Assembly: GCA_000708835.1 (NCBI GenBank) | Contig: DF237061.1 | Coordinates: 130,214-194,213, forward strand | Origin: Klebsormidium nitens | Taxonomy: Eukaryota > Plantae > Klebsormidiophyceae | DNA: 64,000 bases | Direction: 5' to 3' | Part shown: one piece after another, positions 13,451 to 26,500 of the stretch | How the letters are laid out: every line of letters begins with the position of its first letter | Position numbering within the stretch: position 1 is the stretch's first letter | Made by a program: the position numbers and the translations under genes | Notes under the pieces: model-generated | Seen by the model: only the letters and a program-made list of their open reading frames with translations | Databases searched by the model: none | Told to the model about the DNA's origin: nothing

Positions 13451-14375
13451 GCTGTCGATCAGCTGCTTTTTCTAACTATGTCAAAGTTCTTCCAACCAGA
13501 ACAATGCATTGCTCATTAATCTGGACAATTTGACAAGACTTCCAGCTGGCAGTTGCACAGATCCAATTGCTGAAAGTTGCAGCTCCCAGGTGGTGCAATC
13601 TGAGGTGTAGGAAAGTTGTAGGTGCCAGCTCGATTATCGCACTCAAGCAGGTGCAAGCGGCCTATTGCCCCGCTGAAGGGTTGAATGAAGCAGTCGAGAA
13701 CTGCCAAGTGAGCCCGTCAAAGACGAGACAGCCATGTTGCAGCGCACACACAGCTGCTCAACCTCTGTTTCAGAGCACTTTGTTTCTGTGAGCAGCATCC
13801 ACTGATCCAGAGCCTGATGTGCCTGAGGCCAGCAGAACCAGTATACGGTATACGAGCTCCGAAAATAGCGCGCAATTTTGTCAGTGCGTTTCTGACTTTG
13901 ACAAATCCGATTTTCTTCGAGAGCCCGTTTCTTGATGAGCAGCAACCATGTCTTGCGGTATCATACGAGAGAATCTGGTGCACATAATTTCTGCTTTGGT
14001 CCCATATGGTGGGCGCGTTCGTAAATTGACTCTCATATTACCTGAGGCAGCACAGGTTGGAGATGCAATGCTTGACAGCACCTTCGATCCACACACATAC
14101 GACCTTCGATCCAACACTCCCAACTTCGTGTGTGTCACTTTCGAGTTCAGGCAAACACAAGCTTTGCGCTTCTTTGGATACAGAACGATTTACTTTTAAT
14201 ACGAAGCCTGAAAGGTCAAGCCGTCAAAGCGTTCTCTTCATATTGCTGGGTAGTTCCAGTAGTTTGGCGCTTTCCAGAGTTTTTCAGGTTTCCGCCAGGT
14301 CTCTGATTCCGAGCTGCTCAAGGGTCAACAACTATCAGTCGAACCGGCGATCGCCGTTATCTGCTCTGAGGTACA

Positions 14376-15939
14376 ATGGACGATGATGATGTGCCAATTG
14401 CTTTGACCCCAACTGCCAAGGCCGAAAAGAAGCCAGCAGTAAAGAGAGTCAAAAAGGAGGAAAAGAAGAGCGATAAAGGCAAGGAAAAGAAGAAGGCCAA
14501 GCCTGCAGACAAGAAAGGGAAGGTAGGTGACAATCTGCGATCATGCACAGGATAGAACCAGTGTCTATCTGTGATATGTGATCCAGAACTATGGGGCTTA
14601 ATTGTTTTGGCTTGATTGTGTTCGCTTGATTGTGGAGGATTGGAGTCAAGAACTCTGAGTAAGAGCTCAATAGTTCTAACACAAATCTGATGCAAATGTG
14701 TCAGCATAGCGCCCTGTAATCAGTTATGCAACACTGCCGCGCACTTCCAACCCTCAAATTTGTATTTTGGGCGGCTATTTGCCTTCGGAGCACTGTTTAA
14801 GTTGCTAGTGCCCCTAGATAAACGAAACTTGTCGGAATGTACTAAGTATTGCCTGCAGGGAAAGGAGACGAAGAAGGTTGCAGACAAGAAGACGGAAGTG
14901 AAGAAGGAGCGGAAGGTCTATGACCTCCCTGGCCAGAAGCATGACATTCCTGCTGAGGTATAGGTCCATGGTTTGTTTTGTGCAGTCTCGTAGAGTAGCA
15001 TTCTGTTGCGGTGCAGAATCCTCATTGTATCGTTTCTGAAAACCTGATAAGCAATCATGTTGAGTTCCAAGGAGAAGGAGCTTTCTCAGAATGCTGTCAA
15101 GATTTCAACATCTACAGCCAGGCCTTCACGTGCTTGCTGTCCCAAAGTAGGAACCAAGTATGAGTCTGGGGATTAGATGCACCACCTTTCTTTGCAAGTT
15201 TGAGGTTGATTCTTTTTGAACGAGTAAACAGCGTCCCTTGAAAGCTTGTTGGTCCTTGTCTTGCAGCGAGATCCACTCCGAGTGTTTTATGAGAGCCTTT
15301 ACAATCAGCGACCAGAGAGCGAGATGGCTCAGTTCTGGTAAGTGTTGGTTGCTTTCCTGACTGGCTTGCTTTGTGATAAGCGGGTAGATTCAAAACTGCA
15401 CAAGGCTTCTGATTGCGAATCTGAAAGTGCATTGGTAATGCGCACTGCAAGGAAAGAGTCTGTTATTGTTTGATGCAGTCTGATTTTGACATTGGCAAGA
15501 ACCTCAGATAAAATAAGCTAATTAATGTAAAAATGCAATGCTTTTATAGACTTTCTGAGCAGGCCCCAATGAGAGCCGTTTCAGAATGTAATTGATGGTA
15601 CGTTCTCTTTCTACTCTGTTACAATTTCGTTTCGAAGACCTCGATTGATGTCAAAGCTTCCATGCGTTCGGAGTCCTTACATTGATTCGAGGGTGGTGTC
15701 GTTTCAGGATGATGGAGCATGGGTTGCTAGATGAAGACCTTGCACAAAAGGTTTTCGAAAAGAAACAAAAACTGTTGAGGAAAGGGACTATCGTAGCTAG
15801 CCCTGCCAAGGGACGGTCTGCTTCTAAGTCCAGTAGTAAATCGAAAAAAGCGACTCCTGCATCAAAGACGAAAAAGGGTAAGTCGTCCTCGAAGAAAAAG
15901 AGTGATGAGAAACCTGCCAAGAAGAAGCCTAAGAAGTGA
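14376..15939 (+). CDS. Lysine-rich conserved protein of unknown function (KVYDLPGQK...RDPLRVFYESLY...SEMAQFWMMEHGLL family)
   Basis: Exons ~14376-14522, 14859-14957, 15268-15337, 15708-15939 splice in frame. A conserved core is flanked by Lys-rich low-complexity tails. From memory it resembles an uncharacterised plant family. Confidence 0.8.
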
Positions 15940-17104
15940 GACTGCTGATGCTTGTGCAATCGAGCGCTATGCTTAGAAGACTTTATGAGAAGGCTCAGTG
16001 AGACGGAGGCAGGCCAATCCTGATAGAAATGCAAATCTGCATGACAGACAACTTAGAGACCGCACTAATATTTGGCGGAAGCGCAAAGGCAGCGTATCCT
16101 GCCAGTCCAGTTTTCATGTCGGGCCCATCAGGCCATCACGTTGGCCAATTTTTGGCAACTGGCAGATTACCATAGCTACACGATGGATCTGTTGCTAAGA
16201 GCGCGGCCACAATCAGTGCGCTTACAACGAATGTCAGCTCTTGCACGTATGCTTAAGTACCCCTTTTGTCGCTTATATGTATGAGGGTGCCGTGCCAGGC
16301 ATATCCTGCAGCATGTTCACCTCATGTCGGCTGCTTGCGTGCATCTCATACAAGTGGATGAAAGAGTTCGAGCATGTGCTGGTTAAGTGGCCCGGAAAAA
16401 CCGCACTCCCTATGAAGCATGGAGAGCTAGTGCCCTATGATATTGTTTGATTGAACAATACCAAACCATATTCAGCTTCCGGGCCTTAATTCTTACAGTG
16501 AAAGCCCGGCTTCTTCAATGAATGATGCAAAGGGTCAATTTAACCATACAGTCTGTCTGGAAGTCCGGATATGTAGAGCTGATGTTTATCAGGATATCTT
16601 TGGAATAAACGAACAAGTGTAGTGTACCCATGCGGGCAATCTGCTTGGTCATCCTGGAGCCTGAGGGATCCAAATACATTGCACAAGCGCACGCACCATA
16701 TATGCGAAATTGATTCGAGGGTGATGTGTTCACCATGCTTTCTCTCGCCTTGCACAGAACAGAACAATCCCTCGTTCCTATACTTTAACACACGCATGCC
16801 AGTCCGAACGATCAAAGAAGAATCCTCAACTCAATGAGTCCACTGTACACTTTTGAGACTGATGTGACTGCAAAAGTCCCAAGCCAATCCATACGCGAGG
16901 AGACACCTGCAACATGTGGGACTTGGTCAGATCTAAGCAACATACCATCCTGATCACAACGGCGGTACTGCTGAACAGCATACAGTTGGGAAGTTTCTCA
17001 ACCTGTCTGCAACAATACCACCAATCGATGTTCTCAACAAGTCTGCCAACCCACCAGCATCCTGCATCGGTCCGGACAGCTTCAACATACGGTTGCAACT
17101 TACT

Positions 17105-18571
17105 CTACTTGTGGCAGACTGAAGATGTGGGCATGCTGACGCACAGCCTCTTGTACTTCTTGATGGCTGCAAGCAGAAAAACCATTGTCTTCATTTCGAA
17201 AACCCTTCACACAAATCCATTTCAGTGTCACCCTCGACAACTGATATGTCACCGCTGTGCGTCAGTTTCCAAACTCCAGCTTAATGGGATCCAACTTCTG
17301 AATTCCAGAGTGCACTTTCAAATTTCAAAAAAATGGTCAGTATAAAGGTTTCGGTCGGGATCCCTTTGCTTCCGGTTGGTTGGCAGGTGACCGGATAAAG
17401 GGCGCTGCGGAATCAAAAATTTCTTGTTGGCGTGATCTTCTTGGGCATTGGCTGACCTCCTAAGTGTGGGTCGCCTATGATCTGTTCTGGATCGACAATC
17501 CTGGATGGTCTCCTTAGCCAAACTTGACCTGCCTCCAATAGGTACAGCTTTGTGGCAGAGCCTCTTTCCATCCTTGACTTGACCTACCAAACCTCTTTCA
17601 GTATCGCAACAGATTATGTGTCCTACCAAGCACCCTTGGGCACAAGATGCAAAATGCGATCATCCCTTTGAACGCAAAATGCACTCTTCCCTTGGACCCT
17701 GGAATTCAAGCGATAGTCAATTGAAACCTATAATGCACTGAAGGCCTTCCTTTCACTTTTTCCAGTGCCAACGCATTGTACTCATGTGTCAGCAAACAGA
17801 TGCCAAGAGATAGACGACAGACGCAATGAGTCCACCAGTTTCTGCAGCACTTACCCTCAGGAGTGCCACGGGTAGGCTCCTCAGCCTTGGCCTCCTCCTT
17901 TAGTACGGACGCAATCACAACGGCAGCAGTGGCGGCAAAGAATGCTCTCCTCTGCATGGCCTGCTTCTCCTGCTGGCTAGCTTGACACCTCACAACCATG
18001 AACTGCAGCACCAAGAAGCGGCCAATTAGAGGTGACTGTGCCAGAGGAACAGACCTTTGAGCAAAAGCCTGGTAGGGGGATGAAGATCAACAGCAATGAG
18101 ACGCGCGCACGAAGGCACTTCAGTCTTCTGTTTCCTGTTCCCAGGCAGAGTGCAATCGCCTCAATTGACACCATCATTCTCCAACGTCTACCTTTGGCAT
18201 TCATTGTACTTGTTGAACAGGATGTGGATAACGTGCATTGTGCACATTGCCTATGCAAGGCTCTGCAGGCATTCCCTCATATTGCAGCCATTGGACGGCG
18301 GAACTTTATGGGCACAGAGTCATGGTCTGTGTACGCAGTTCTTCTTGGCAGAAAACTCTGCTTCTTGGTGTGAATTCATATTTAGATATGGACAGTATGA
18401 ATGCATTAAAACTCTACACCTGCACATTGCCCATTGTTCTATCAAAGACAATATCTGGTGACGACTCCTCACCCTGGCATTGCCTGCTGGCCGCGCGACG
18501 ACATTCTTCTGCACACTCGCGAAGGAGCTCAGGGCAGACACGGACGAGAGGGCAGCAGCAGTGGAAGCCAT
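17105..18571 (-). CDS. psbTn: Photosystem II 5 kDa extrinsic protein (nuclear PsbTn) precursor
   Basis: Three exons give MASTAAALSSVSALSSF.. (transit peptide), RRAFFAATAAVVIASVLKEEAKA (twin-Arg lumen signal) and EEPTRGTPEAIKKYKRLCVSMPTSSVCHK*, with the diagnostic C..MPT..VC motif. Confidence 0.92.
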
Positions 18572-19355
18572 GGTTGCGTTGAGGGAGGAGACGACGCCTT
18601 GCTTCTTTCTTTGATCAACAGCTTTGGCAGAGGAGAGATTCTCGAGTGCTCATGAGTGCTCATCTCCAACGTGGACGCGCAGGCAAGATACCACGAAGTG
18701 GATAGGGCAGGCCGCAGCCACCAATCAGAGGCGGGGCGCTCTAGCCGTCCGATTTCAGACACGGCGAACATCGGACGGATAAGAATAATATACCTACAAC
18801 CTCCTCTGGGAATTCTTGAAGCCCGTCCGATCAAGCGGCAGACTGCAATTGGCGGCTCGCGCGGTGCGGTACTGACGAGTCCACCTGGTCGCTCTAGTTC
18901 CGACTGACACAAACGAACCCTTACCGTTACCGTCCACCGCCGGCCGCCGTGCACCCACTCATCCCCGTTCAAAGGGACCGCTACACGCCTCACTAGTTCT
19001 CGCCTCGCATTGCAAGCGCTGCGCTAGCGCATCTTGTCAAAATTGCACATGCAGCAGCACATTTGAATTGTGTCCCCTGCTAGCGGCCATTCTACTGGTC
19101 AATTCGTCTGCTATTCCTTCCCCAATCCACCGAGGGATTGCCTTTGCTTTCTTAAGAGCCACGAGATGACCTAGAAGGAATTACTAAGCTGTCACGCTTG
19201 CAAGGCTTTTAACCCGGTGGAAGTGCTCGCTGATTGTTCTGCTTTTCCACTTTTCCCTGTCTCCAGGCTTCTTTGTTTAGGGTACAATTGATCGTCATCA
19301 AGCTGGGTGAACACCTCGTGGACACCCACTTTTCTTATCAGCAGACGAGGTCAAG

Positions 19356-22120
19356 ATGGGGGCAGATATCATTCTGGATACGCAGATCAGGGACTGGGTG
19401 CTGGTCCCAATCACGCTGGTGATGTTCCTGATTGGAGTGTTAAGGCATTACATGACCAAGGCGCTGCAGTCAGAGAAGATTGGCGAGCCAAAGACGATCA
19501 GAGAGTCGTGAGTCTGAAATGGGTTCCCATGTGCTTGCAATATGCTGTTTGGATGAGTCCAATTTATGGCCAGCAGAAGTTGGCACCACTGTTCCTCCTT
19601 GAAAAGATTGTAAAGCAAGTAAGAGGCTATTCTTTCAAATTGCAGTTGCCCAATGTTTTTCTCTGAAAGAATGCCTTATCAAGTGTTGCTGTCGTCTGAT
19701 CATACACTATTCCACCTGCAGACAATCCATCATGAGAGCACGCTTTTTGAGAGCGAACGCTGGGTACATTCCAGCGACGTCTTTTCGGATGCGAAGGGCG
19801 TACTTCAACAACAAGGTAAAGAAAAGTTTCTGGCGTCCTCTTTGATTGGGAGAGTTGGTGGTAGAATGCTCGCACAGGAGAGCATAAGTATTTATGAACA
19901 ACCTTACTGCCCAAGTTTAGATGAGATCTTGCTCTTACTCTTTGTATTTCACCGCAGGAAGAATTCCAAATCTTGCTGCATCGGCCCTTGTTATCAGAGG
20001 CGCCATGCTCGAGCAATGCTGCGTTATCCCATCCTCTGCTCACACAAAGAGATGGGGAGGTGCACTTATTCTCCTCCCCTTTGTCGCTGCAGGAAACTGG
20101 TCTCTTGGTGCAGCAGAAGAAAGATGCGCCCAACGCTGGGGCGCAGATGATGCAGGACCCCAGCTTTGCTGTCAACATGATGAAGAACAACCTCAGCTAC
20201 ATGCTACCTCAGGTGCGCTCCATATTCTCCGAGCAGCTTGAATGTTGGAATGCGGTGCTTTTGCCCATCTTTCCCAGGCGTATTGTTTCCTTCCAACTCT
20301 CTGCTTTTGTTGCGATCTCGTTAAACCCACGTTCTCCTCACTGCCAACCGTGTTAATCTGCACATTTGCTTTGTTGCCCAGTCCGACTTGGCCTTCATAC
20401 ACAAAAATGGTGAAAGTAGCTTATGCTGTTCTCCCTCTGATATGTGCAGAGTCTTACCTTCGCATGGATCAGCTTCTTCTTCTCTGGTTTTGTGGCTGGT
20501 GAGTGTCTCAGAAATTGCACCCACTGGCCTGCACTGCCTCACTTATATGCGCCAGTAATTTGTCAACAGCTCTCTTTCGAAAGCATTCTGCTCAGGATCT
20601 TCGCCAGCGCATCTTGCTTGAAAAGGCAGCTCGTTTAACACATGAAGATCTGGGTTTGATGGTTTGCCTTGGTCGATGCAATTGTCAAGAAGTCGCTGAG
20701 TTTCGACCCGAGGGGAGTTTGACACAAACACCTAGGTTGATGTTCCAGTGGTGCCTGTAACATCGTTCTTGTGCTATGTGCAGCCAAGATTCCCTTCCCC
20801 CTGACTCAGCGGTTTCGGAGCATGCTTCAGCGGGGCATCGAGTTGGGGTCACTCGATGTCACCTACGTCAGCAGCCAGTCATGGTAAGAGGGGTCGAAGC
20901 TGCCATCATGCCTCTTGCAAGGTGCCACGAAGGAAAGGGAAACGAATTTGCGTGGCAATATTAACTTACGGCAGGCCAGCAGAACGATCATCAAAGCAGC
21001 AGGCACGGATAGTTGAGGTTTGTATCAGTATCTCTCATCGTCATATCCCTGTCCCTCGTCTCCTCGTCTTTTTCTTGTTCTCAGCGCAGGTTGTCTTCCG
21101 GCTCAAAGAATCCTGATAGAATGTCCCTATTCAACAGGTACTTTCTGAACCTGTTCGGGCTGAGAGGGGTTTTCAGTCTCGTACTTGGGGAGGGCAACGG
21201 TGAGCACACGGTTCTCATCCGTTCAGCTGCAACATGGTTATGTCTACGATTTCGCTCGTGGCTTTGGCTGCACTTGCTCGTCATTCGCATTGCAAAGTCT
21301 CAAGTTGAATAGCAGGTGCAGCGCCAACTCCTCGATGACCTCAGTTCAATGATGCTGCCTCTAAGTTCAGACTGATTAAGTGACTGTCAGAGTCGAAGTT
21401 TCCATAGACGATGAGATGTGCCGGTTCAGTCTCAACTGAGCAACGGTACCAATGACAGGACGACAAACTTGGGCCATGTTAGTTTCGGTTGATAAAAGGT
21501 GCCCCCATCGAGGAACGCTTCCAGTCGAGGTCGGTGAAGTTATAGAAGTGGTTCAAAGTTGAAGGTCTCATTAGCACTTCAGACATGGTGCTACGATCGC
21601 TTATTTCTGAGAATCGATGCAGTCGAGAGACATAGCAGCGTTCGAAGCAGCAAAAATTGTGAGGATGTCTGCGATTTTTTGCAGCCGGCGATGACACACA
21701 GAAAATGATGCAAGCACAAATGATGGGCATGGGGGGTGGTCTCGGGCCAGATGCTGCCAAGGTAAGAGCAAATCCGCCATTTATTCGGGGCAGGAAGGTG
21801 CTGGCCAGCTGCACAACAACTTCAAAATATGGTTGTTGTCATTATCAACTTGCGGCTACCAGTGGTAATTGACATTGTTTTGCTGCGGGTGACCTTTCAG
21901 CATTCTACTCTCGTACAATTCGCCTTGGCTGCTGGGCTAGCATTTCACTTGGTACTCACGAGCGAGCTTCCGCTTTGTGAGCCTTTTCGTATGTTCAACC
22001 TTTCAGGCTTTTCAAGCTGAAACGGATGCTTTGGAGCTGACGCAACACGAGTGGATACTTCCACAAATTGAGCAACACGCGGAGGAGACTCTGAGAAGGG
22101 TCCTACGTGAACGGAGTTGA
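19356..22120 (+). CDS. EMC3: ER membrane protein complex subunit 3
   Basis: Eight exons give [19 protein letters not shown]..., [91 protein letters not shown] and [14 protein letters not shown]. Confidence 0.95.
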
Positions 22121-23571
22121 GGACACGGACCCGTTTGTTCGTGTTTGCAATGCTTCGACAAACTTTTTATTCTTTGCAACTCACTACGAGATTGCTTAAG
22201 ATGGTAATATGTACTTAGAGCGTTTTCGCCATGCCATTGTATGTACGTAAACCAGGCATGCTCGTGTTGGGCCATGATGAATAAACCTCATGAAATTCCT
22301 CTTTGTCTACGTTGTGGCATGCCCCAATTATTTGCCATTTTTGAATGAGCCTTGTATACTACAATCGACAGAATTGAAATGATTTTAGGGCTATAGCATA
22401 CTCCACTTGTGGGAGTACTCCCATAAGAAACCCTTGTGCATTCTTCACGTTCCCATAACAAACCCATGTGCTTTAAGATGACTTGAAACATGAAGAATTC
22501 AAAGATGCACTTGACGCGTCGACCTAGCTCAAAGAGCTCTTGCATGACGGTGTTACGGCGTGCCGCGCACGTCTTGTATATCTAGGCGCAAGAATGGGCA
22601 AGGCTGAAGCTGGAGACGTGACCAGTTTACCTGGACTCTGGGCTTCGATCCGTGCATGGGCATGCAGGGCAGAAATTATATCAGGATTCAGCACTCGCAG
22701 GAATCAAGTTCGATCCGGTGTCCACAACCCTCCATGCATGATCGGACAATCGTACTCAGTGCAGTCAAAACCGGCGCTACGGGGGCATTGGAATTTGAGG
22801 AGGGTGTTCACTTTGTGATTCTGTGAAGATCCAGGAGCTTCTCTCATGGTAGATTTGTTGATCTGACGGATGCGAAGCTCTTGATACCGGTAATTAAAAG
22901 CACTATTTTTGCAGAAATCGAGCTTCTACTACTAGCCTTGTCGGACAAGGCTAGAGTCTGTACGGTACTCTGTCCATGTCCAGACTACAGAGTGACGGCG
23001 ACTCCATACTCCGAGTCCAGACTCCAGAGCACTGAGCAGGACTCCAGACTCCGGCCCATTGCGATTCCTGGCAACTTCCTCCGCTCTGCTCTGCTCTGGC
23101 GGGTTGGAAATGTTTCGCACACGTTAGTAAGTCTTAAGTAATATATGACATGGAATGTATCCAGCGATCCGACGATTCCGGCTAGCTCTTGTATAGCTGC
23201 ATCTCAAAATCACATCTCATCATCAAGTTTCAGGTAGGTTAGTCATAGGCGCCCTGCAGGTTTCTAAGCTGTAGAAGATTTCAGCAGGTTTGGGCTCCAC
23301 AACTTAGATTCTATGCAAGCTGTGCTATGTATTGATGGGTCTCCGACAAGCTATGATTGCCCTTTGCAGTTGATTGTGCACCGTTCGCCCGTTATTTTCA
23401 CCCAGGTTCCAATGAGCTAGCTGCGCAACTTTTACTCTCAAGTAATTTTAGATCTAGGCAGTCAAGCTGTATTCCGTATTTGGTTCGTGCATCCCAAACC
23501 CCCAAACCCCCTCAGCGCCCCTCACATCTGCAATCCTGGGGCTCTTTGCGGGGATCACCTGGCCCCCATTC

Positions 23572-26500
23572 ATGGGAGGGTCAGGTTCTAAGCTTGAGAA
23601 GGCGCTCGGTGAGGCGTTTCCTGAGGGGGAGCACTACTTTGGGCTGGAGAACTTTGGGAACACATGCTATTGCAATAGTGTGCTACAGGTGAGTCCAGAG
23701 CAGATAACTAAGATTTAGGGCAGCATGTGTTAAGGGAAGATTGGGGCAGATTTGAAAAATAGGGTTCGGAAAATTGCGCTGAGGTTTATTGGAAAAGCAG
23801 GTCTTGGATTGCTCACAAGGATATACTTGTGGGGTCTGTTGCAATTGATGTGATGTTGTTTTGAGAAGCGGAGTTTGTTTTTGAAAGAATACATTGCAGG
23901 TTGCGGCTTTCGTCCAGTCATGAACATCATGCCTTCATAGTTGCTGCCCCCAAGCGTCGGATTCATGTTTTTGATAAGTTTTTGATCAGCGGGCGGCCAT
24001 GATGAGAATGGATTGTTTGAACAGACAGGAAGCGCTCGAGCAGGGCGTTGAACTGGGTTGGGAGCAGCTTGCTTGGGTGCAACTTCATAGACAAGTGCCT
24101 CCAACTCAGTAGTAATTTTGTTCACCTGGATTCACCTGTTCCGACCATCTGAAAAGAGGCGTTTCAAATCGTTGGGATTGCCTTTTCCTCTCCTAGTAGG
24201 ACAACAAGAATGTTGCAAAGATATATATCTGGAACCAAGCAAGCAAGGTGTCATTTCAATCTGATGTAAGCCACACAGTACCTTAAAGTTGACTAAGGCT
24301 CTACTTTTTGAGAGCTTCCGCCTTATCCAGAAAGCTGACAAAATTCGCAGCTCTGTACTCTGTATGGCCCCTGAATTGCGGTAGAGACGTTTTAATGTCA
24401 TGCGGAAGTGCTTGCCTTATCAAAGAAGTACGTTGTCCTGCTGCAGGCCCTGTATTTCTGTGCCCCTTTTCGAGAGAAGCTGCTCAAGTATGCCGCCAAA
24501 ATCCCCAAGCCAGTTCCGGAGCCTGATGAGACTCTCCTGAGCAGCCTGGCTGACCTCTTTTCACAGGTGAGCGCTCTTTACTTCGCTATTTGGAAGACAA
24601 GCAGATTGGCCTATTTCTTCTGATTGACTACTTGCATTTCCCAGAACTGATTATACTTGAACAAATGTTTGAGATACCCCAATTGACAATTACGGTGTCT
24701 TTTCTTTGGGGCTGTTGGAAGGTGGCGCGATACTCTCCTCTGCATAGCGAGATTTTGGAGGTTTGATTCTTGTTGTTGAAATTGGACAGCCTTAGCCTAG
24801 ATGGGGAGGTGGCATGTATGTCGCCTTTGTTGCACAACTTAGTTGAGCCTGTGGCTAAGGAGGCATGATGAGACTGGGGCCGCCACTTGTATGCTGTTTG
24901 CACGTTGGTTGATTTTCAAAGCGGTTCGGTTTCTGTGAGCCACGCATCAAGCATGTAAGAGATTGTCAAGCAACATGTTTATTGCGATTTGAAGGTCTGT
25001 CCATTTTTTGCATCTTCCCGGTTCTTCTCTTATGAGTATTTCCTATGGCATGCCTGTCTCATCAAAGTGCGCGCTTCGTACAAGGGTGTCTCCAACAAAC
25101 TACGCAATCCAGTATCAAGCCCTTGCCGACGTGTATGCCTTACGGGCCCCTGAGCTGTTTCAAACTGTTGTGTTTAAAGAACCTCACAGGATTCACGGGC
25201 CCCTAAGCTGTTTCAAACTGTTGTGTTCAAGGAACCTCACAGGATGCCTTCCGTCACATCGTGGTCTACGCAGTTCAGTTCATGATGAAGCTTGCACAAA
25301 AGTTTCCAAGTTGCTCTTTCTTGTTTGCCTTATTTCTGACATCAGCTTTCGCACCAGCCAGGCCAGCATCCGGAAGAAGGATATGTTTCTTCTCCCCCTA
25401 GCTTACCCCTTTTTTGGGGCCCCTCTTTCCCTTTTCAAGCACAAAAAGGAAAGTTGACGGACATCGCAACACACGCATCTCTTCGTTCCTCTGAGACCTC
25501 CTGTATGTTGACACACCCTTCTGCTGCTCCCGCAGATCAGCACGCAGAAGAAGAAGACGGGCGTGATTGCGCCCAAGCGCTTTGTGCAGCGGCTCAAGAA
25601 GCAGAACGAGCTCTTCCGCAGCTACATGCACCAGGATGCGCACGAGTTCCTCAACTTTCTGCTCAACGAGCTCGCGGAAAACCTCGAGAAGGAGGAGAAA
25701 GCCCCGCGGGAGAGCGAGGCGCCGACGCCCAGCACGAGTGGGGGACATGGAGAGGGGGAAGAGTTTGGGAAAGCGAACGGGCACGTGAATGGGTTGGAGA
25801 ACGGGGTGGCGGAGGGCACGAAGAGCGGGGCGCAGGGCAGGCAAGCAAAGACGTGGGTGCACGAGATTTTCCAGGTGGGGTCCGCAAGCAACAATTTGTT
25901 CAGCTTTACTTGGTTTGTCCTGGGAGCTTGTTGTGTCTTTATTAACATGTCCGAATGTCACAGCTTCTGGTCAATTCCACAAGAAGCTCCTATGGAGAGC
26001 TTGTGCGCTGCATTCACGTTTGATATTGTTGCGGCCCAGGACAAGCTGACAAACTGGGGACGATTCAAAGATAATCGGTGACTATATTGGCAATCTCGTG
26101 CTGTTCATTAGACCCGATGCAGTCTGGCTGAAAGTCTCGTTTGTTCTCTTCGAGCGGTTCTGCCTGAGTCTGTTGCCCTTCGATGGACAGATTGGCACCG
26201 TCTTTCGAGAAAAAGTTGTAAATCTGTGAAAGAAAAATTTGAAAGTATGTATCCAGTCGATACGGGATCACCTGATCTTTTATGTACGTCACTGCCGCTG
26301 TCTATTCTGCCCTCCTCTTCATAGGAAGATGTCTGCTTAATGAGTATAGGCGAGGAACAACGATAATGAGAGGAAGTCGGAGTCTTGGTTAGAAGCACGT
26401 TGTCAGAAGGCAGAAGTTTCGCGGTTCTTCAGAACATTTTAAGTAGTTTTCTTGCTCAACGAAAGTCACACGACTCCAAAGGGCGACTACATTTGATCAG